Assembly (NCBI GenBank): GCA_008369845.1
Contig: MRSU01010805.1
Span: forward strand, 1 to 45,515
Length of the DNA stretch: 45,515 bases
Origin: Trichomonas gallinae
Lineage: Eukaryota
Direction: 5' to 3'
A program made the translations under genes and the position numbers. Positions 42,269 through 45,515 of the stretch are shown here, in pieces. Each line of letters starts with the position of its first letter. Position 1 is the stretch's first letter. The notes under the pieces are model-generated. The model was not told where the DNA came from. It worked only from the letters and a program-made list of their open reading frames with translations, and did no database searches.

Positions 42269-43524
42269 TTAGAAATCATCTTTTTCCGTAGGCTGGTTGG
42301 AGCCAGGTAGAAGCTCAATTGGCAGGGAATCTACTCGTTCTATTATTTCCTCATATTTCTTCTGCTTCTCACCAATGGTAGGATAAACCTGTTCGTAATT
42401 TGATAATTTTACAGCTCTTTGTCGAGATTCTTCTATATTTCTTATAATATTCGGGTTATTCGATAGAAATGATTGCCAAGATTCACTCAACCAGTTGTGA
42501 AATCTAAGAGAATAAGCGAGCTGTAATGCTTCTATAGGAGCAGCAATGGAAATAGCATCTCTTATCATTGATACTTTCATTCTTCTTTCTGGTCCACGAT
42601 GGTATTCTAAGTTTGGCCTATAGTTCACTTCTATAACGTGTGGATGCAGATTTTGATCGAGCAAAATATCAAAGCCAAATACTTGGAAGCATCTGGGTAG
42701 TATTGTTGGAGGACATGCTCTTGCAATTCCAGTCTTCATATAGTTATGTGCTGATATTATTGTTAAAATAATAACATTATCAATCTCCGACCATAATTTG
42801 TTGATATCGACATTGCATTCTTGTTCCATTCTCTTAAAAGTATCCGAAAGCAGTCTTGATATATCTGCAAATTTGTCTAATTCTGGATTATATTTATTTA
42901 ATGTAACATTTGTGATTTGCGAAAAAACTGAATTTGCATTAGTCTTATCTGAGCAAAATCTGGCAAGCCCATCCCTGTATATATATATTTGAAGGGGTTC
43001 TATAGAAGTGACCAATGCGTAAACGCGCAAATCGAACTTTGTGTTGTCCAAAGTGAAAGATTCGATGTATTCTTGAGCTACGCTCAGCTGATTATCTGGT
43101 GGATATTCAGTTCCTGGTTTTAAAATTGTGATTCCTTGGCCTAGCGAGCCAGAATCGGGCTTAATTATCCACGAATGCGTTCCTCTCTTTATTGCACGTA
43201 TAAGTGCTGAATTTTTGAATGGTAATATATAAGATTTCGGATAAAAAGAATATAATTCTGGAAAATATTCTGAAATCTTCTGCAAACACCTCGTAAGCGA
43301 TGCTTTTCTGCATAGTACGTTTGCTGATGGTATCCTATTGACAATTTGCCAAATATTTAAATTCGAAAAATAATCTGCATCTTTAATTGAGTCTGTCCAA
43401 ACTAAAACAGCGCAAGGGTCGTAGTCCCTGACCTGAATGCCAAGTTCCTCAATTGCTTCTTTGACTGATTTGAAATTTTTGTGTGTGCTGATGCAAAGGT
43501 TGGACACTTTTTACTATCTGCCAT
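42269..43524 (-). CDS. tubulin-tyrosine ligase-like protein (TTLL6/7/11-like), with a 1-nt frame disruption near the start
   Basis: IVNRIP..LCRK, WIIKPDSGSLGQGI, VAQEYI, KFDLRVY, GLARFC, QITNVTLNK, CFQVFGFDILLD and VIEVNYRP. The ORF track starts at a GTG (43507). The nearest ATG (43524) is out of frame. Confidence 0.88.
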
Positions 43525-44037
43525 GTAAACTTAAAATTATTAGATTAAAAATATTGATATAGTACTGATTTATTCGATATTATTTCAAAATGTCAAAAAA
43601 CACCAAATTTGACTAGATATAACCTTAAAATGAATTTTTAATTTTTCACTGAGAATCACATGATTTATGCGATACAATATGAATATATTTCAGCCGATGA
43701 TTCCATTTTTTGATAAATTCTTCAACAATTTTGTGCTTGATTTTGATCAAATAAAATTGATCGATTAATGATAGAAATTTTGTTGTTAGTCTGACTATTG
43801 TTGTACCAAATTGATACTACATGCTTATCTCTACATTTTGTAAATTTTTCTTATAATCTGAATATTTCAACAAAATATGATAGTTATCATGGCATTTTCT
43901 AAATGATCTCTAAATAATACTGTAAAAATCAGTCTTTATTATGTCCAATCTCATATTTTATATGCATCAATCGTCCAGACAATCGTTGTGTTATAATTGA
44001 GGCATCATCGAAATGAGGTGAGGTGTTTCATTAGTTA

Positions 44038-44880
44038 ATGATGAGTGAGAAACTTCGTCTTGTCTTTCCACAGTGGCAATGTGCTGAAGCATACAACTTT
44101 GGCCTGATGAATCCCGACATTGAAACTAATATCTCGTGCAAGAGCTATGTACTGGGCTCGTGAGTAATTAATTGCCTCTGCCCACCCGAAAACATTCCAG
44201 TATCGCAGGATGAATCTAAGGAGGTATGTGCTACAGAAAAAGGTATTTTTGCATACAAAGCAAATAAAAAGCAGCTTCAGGCAACTCTGGACATCCTGAA
44301 TTCCAAAAAGTCAAAGAAAGTAACTATAGGCGGCGATTGTGCTGTCATCTTAGCACCATTCACATATTTGGCGTCTCAATATCCAGATGATGTTGCAATT
44401 TTGACAGGCATCCAGGCATCAATGTACTATGTGATCCATACACGGGTTTCTACGCAATGGTCTTAGCGCAGTGCTTCGGTATTGGCGATGAAGTGATTAT
44501 AAAATTGCTGCCTAAATCAATTGACCCAAAGAATGATTTGATTGTTGGTTTGGTTTCATTGAGCCAGCAGAAGAATCTCGCAAGAAACTTGGCATTGAGT
44601 ACATAACATCAGATGTTGCCAACAAAAGCTCGAAAGAGATTTTGGAGTGGATCAAGATGTCAGGAAATAAGAAGATAGTGATTCACTTTGATTTGGATGT
44701 ATTAGAACGAACTGTGCTCAACATCCAACATCTTGTTGGGCCAAATCAAACTGGCCTGACAATAGATGCAGTTGCATGAATCATCCGTGATGTTTTGAAA
44801 ACTTTGATCTTGTTGGTTTAACTATTGCAGAGTCTATTTCACGTGAGTTAATCAAGATTAATCAACTTATGTACCTTAAT
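44038..44880 (+). pseudogene. decayed arginase/ureohydrolase-family gene of bacterial type
   Basis: Manual translation: MSEKLRLVFPQWQ...SYVLGS*...VTIGGDCAVILAPFTYLASQYPDDVAI / DRHPGIN..DPYTGFYAM...LIVGL / KKLGI...ILEWIK..G.KKIVIHFDLDVL...GLTIDAVA*IIRDV / FDLVGLTIAE. Two TGA stops (44161, 44777) and about three frameshifts (near 44400, 44555, 44795). Confidence 0.88.
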
Positions 44881-45387
44881 TTTTTAATTAAAAATTTCTT
44901 TTGACAGAAAATATGCTCTTTAGGGTGAAAAATTAAAGTGGGATTGGATTTTGAGCCACATTTCGATCTTGTACTATTATATTTCGAAAGTGAAATGACT
45001 TAATCATGGGCAAAATGTTTCAAAATATTTATTGATGTCACAGAATGATAATTTCTATGAATAATGCTATCTGATATAGTGTTTTGATCCATTTTACACC
45101 CATCAGTGATTTTTCTTACGATGGTATTTTTCCTACCATGGTATCTCAAAAATAAAATCACATGAATTTATTCGCATTATAATAAATGCTTTAGTAATAT
45201 ATAAACATGCTATTCTACCAGAGCCAATCAGCAAACCCATTATTTATTTTTCTTTGTCAAATTTCCGGCAAGTCAAAATAAGATTATAGTATTATACGAG
45301 AAAATATATATTTTACATAGTTGGTATTCTTTCTGGAAAGTGAATTGAATGCTCAACTTGGCATTTTGACGGACTTCAAAAGTTTTG

Positions 45388-45515
45388 ATGTTGTTTTTCC
45401 TGAGCATAGCATCAGCAAATGCTGAAACATTCGAGGAGTGGTTCAGAAGAGTTTACCATGTTGGTGAAAAGAGACCTAAATGGTGGCCACCCATATACTA
45501 CGCAAAGCCACCAAC
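45388..45515 (+). CDS. 5' fragment of a probable secreted or membrane protein, truncated by the window end
   Basis: Open from the ATG at 45388 to the window end: MLFFLSIASANAETFEEWFRRVYHVGEKRPKWWPPIYYAKPP. The start resembles a short trichomonad-style signal peptide. Confidence 0.5.
   Translation, partial: MLFFLSIASANAETFEEWFRRVYHVGEKRPKWWPPIYYAKPP

Noticed and set aside
44161..44779. TGA recoding (Sec/Trp) in the arginase-like gene
   Set aside because: Accompanying frameshifts and a damaged metal-binding motif indicate ordinary pseudogenisation.
1..45515. CRISPR array, rRNA, tRNA, Maverick or mariner transposon
   Set aside because: No repeat-spacer periodicity, conserved RNA-gene motifs, transposase or integrase ORF, or paired terminal inverted repeats were seen.

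Overview
AT-rich eukaryotic genomic DNA, most consistent with a trichomonad (parabasalid) genome. The evidence is compact and essentially intronless genes, TAA-dominated stops, Inr-like TCAY motifs a few nt before ATGs, an initiator-binding-domain (IBD) protein, an R2R3-Myb and a TKL-Sel1 kinase. About 20 protein genes are present: a sugar transporter, an ABCB half-transporter, beta-COP, a catalytically dead kexin/furin-like membrane protein, a GT61-like glycosyltransferase, an ankyrin protein, a TKL-Sel1 kinase, two TTLL ligases, Myb, CCR4, a CAMK-group kinase, TRAP-alpha, a multi-GAF phosphodiesterase, CK1, the IBD protein and several hypotheticals. There is also a decayed bacterial-type arginase pseudogene that the ORF track misses. 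The main discovery is in the ankyrin gene (17544-18663). It is broken into three reading frames by two near-identical 17-nt elements (consensus CA|RTTCATCATWTYTTTAT) that do not have GT-AG ends. Removing exactly these 17-mers gives one clean 361-aa ORF and restores the ankyrin consensus. This suggests a non-canonical ultra-short intron or recoding system. No rRNA, tRNA, CRISPR array or intact transposon was recognised.
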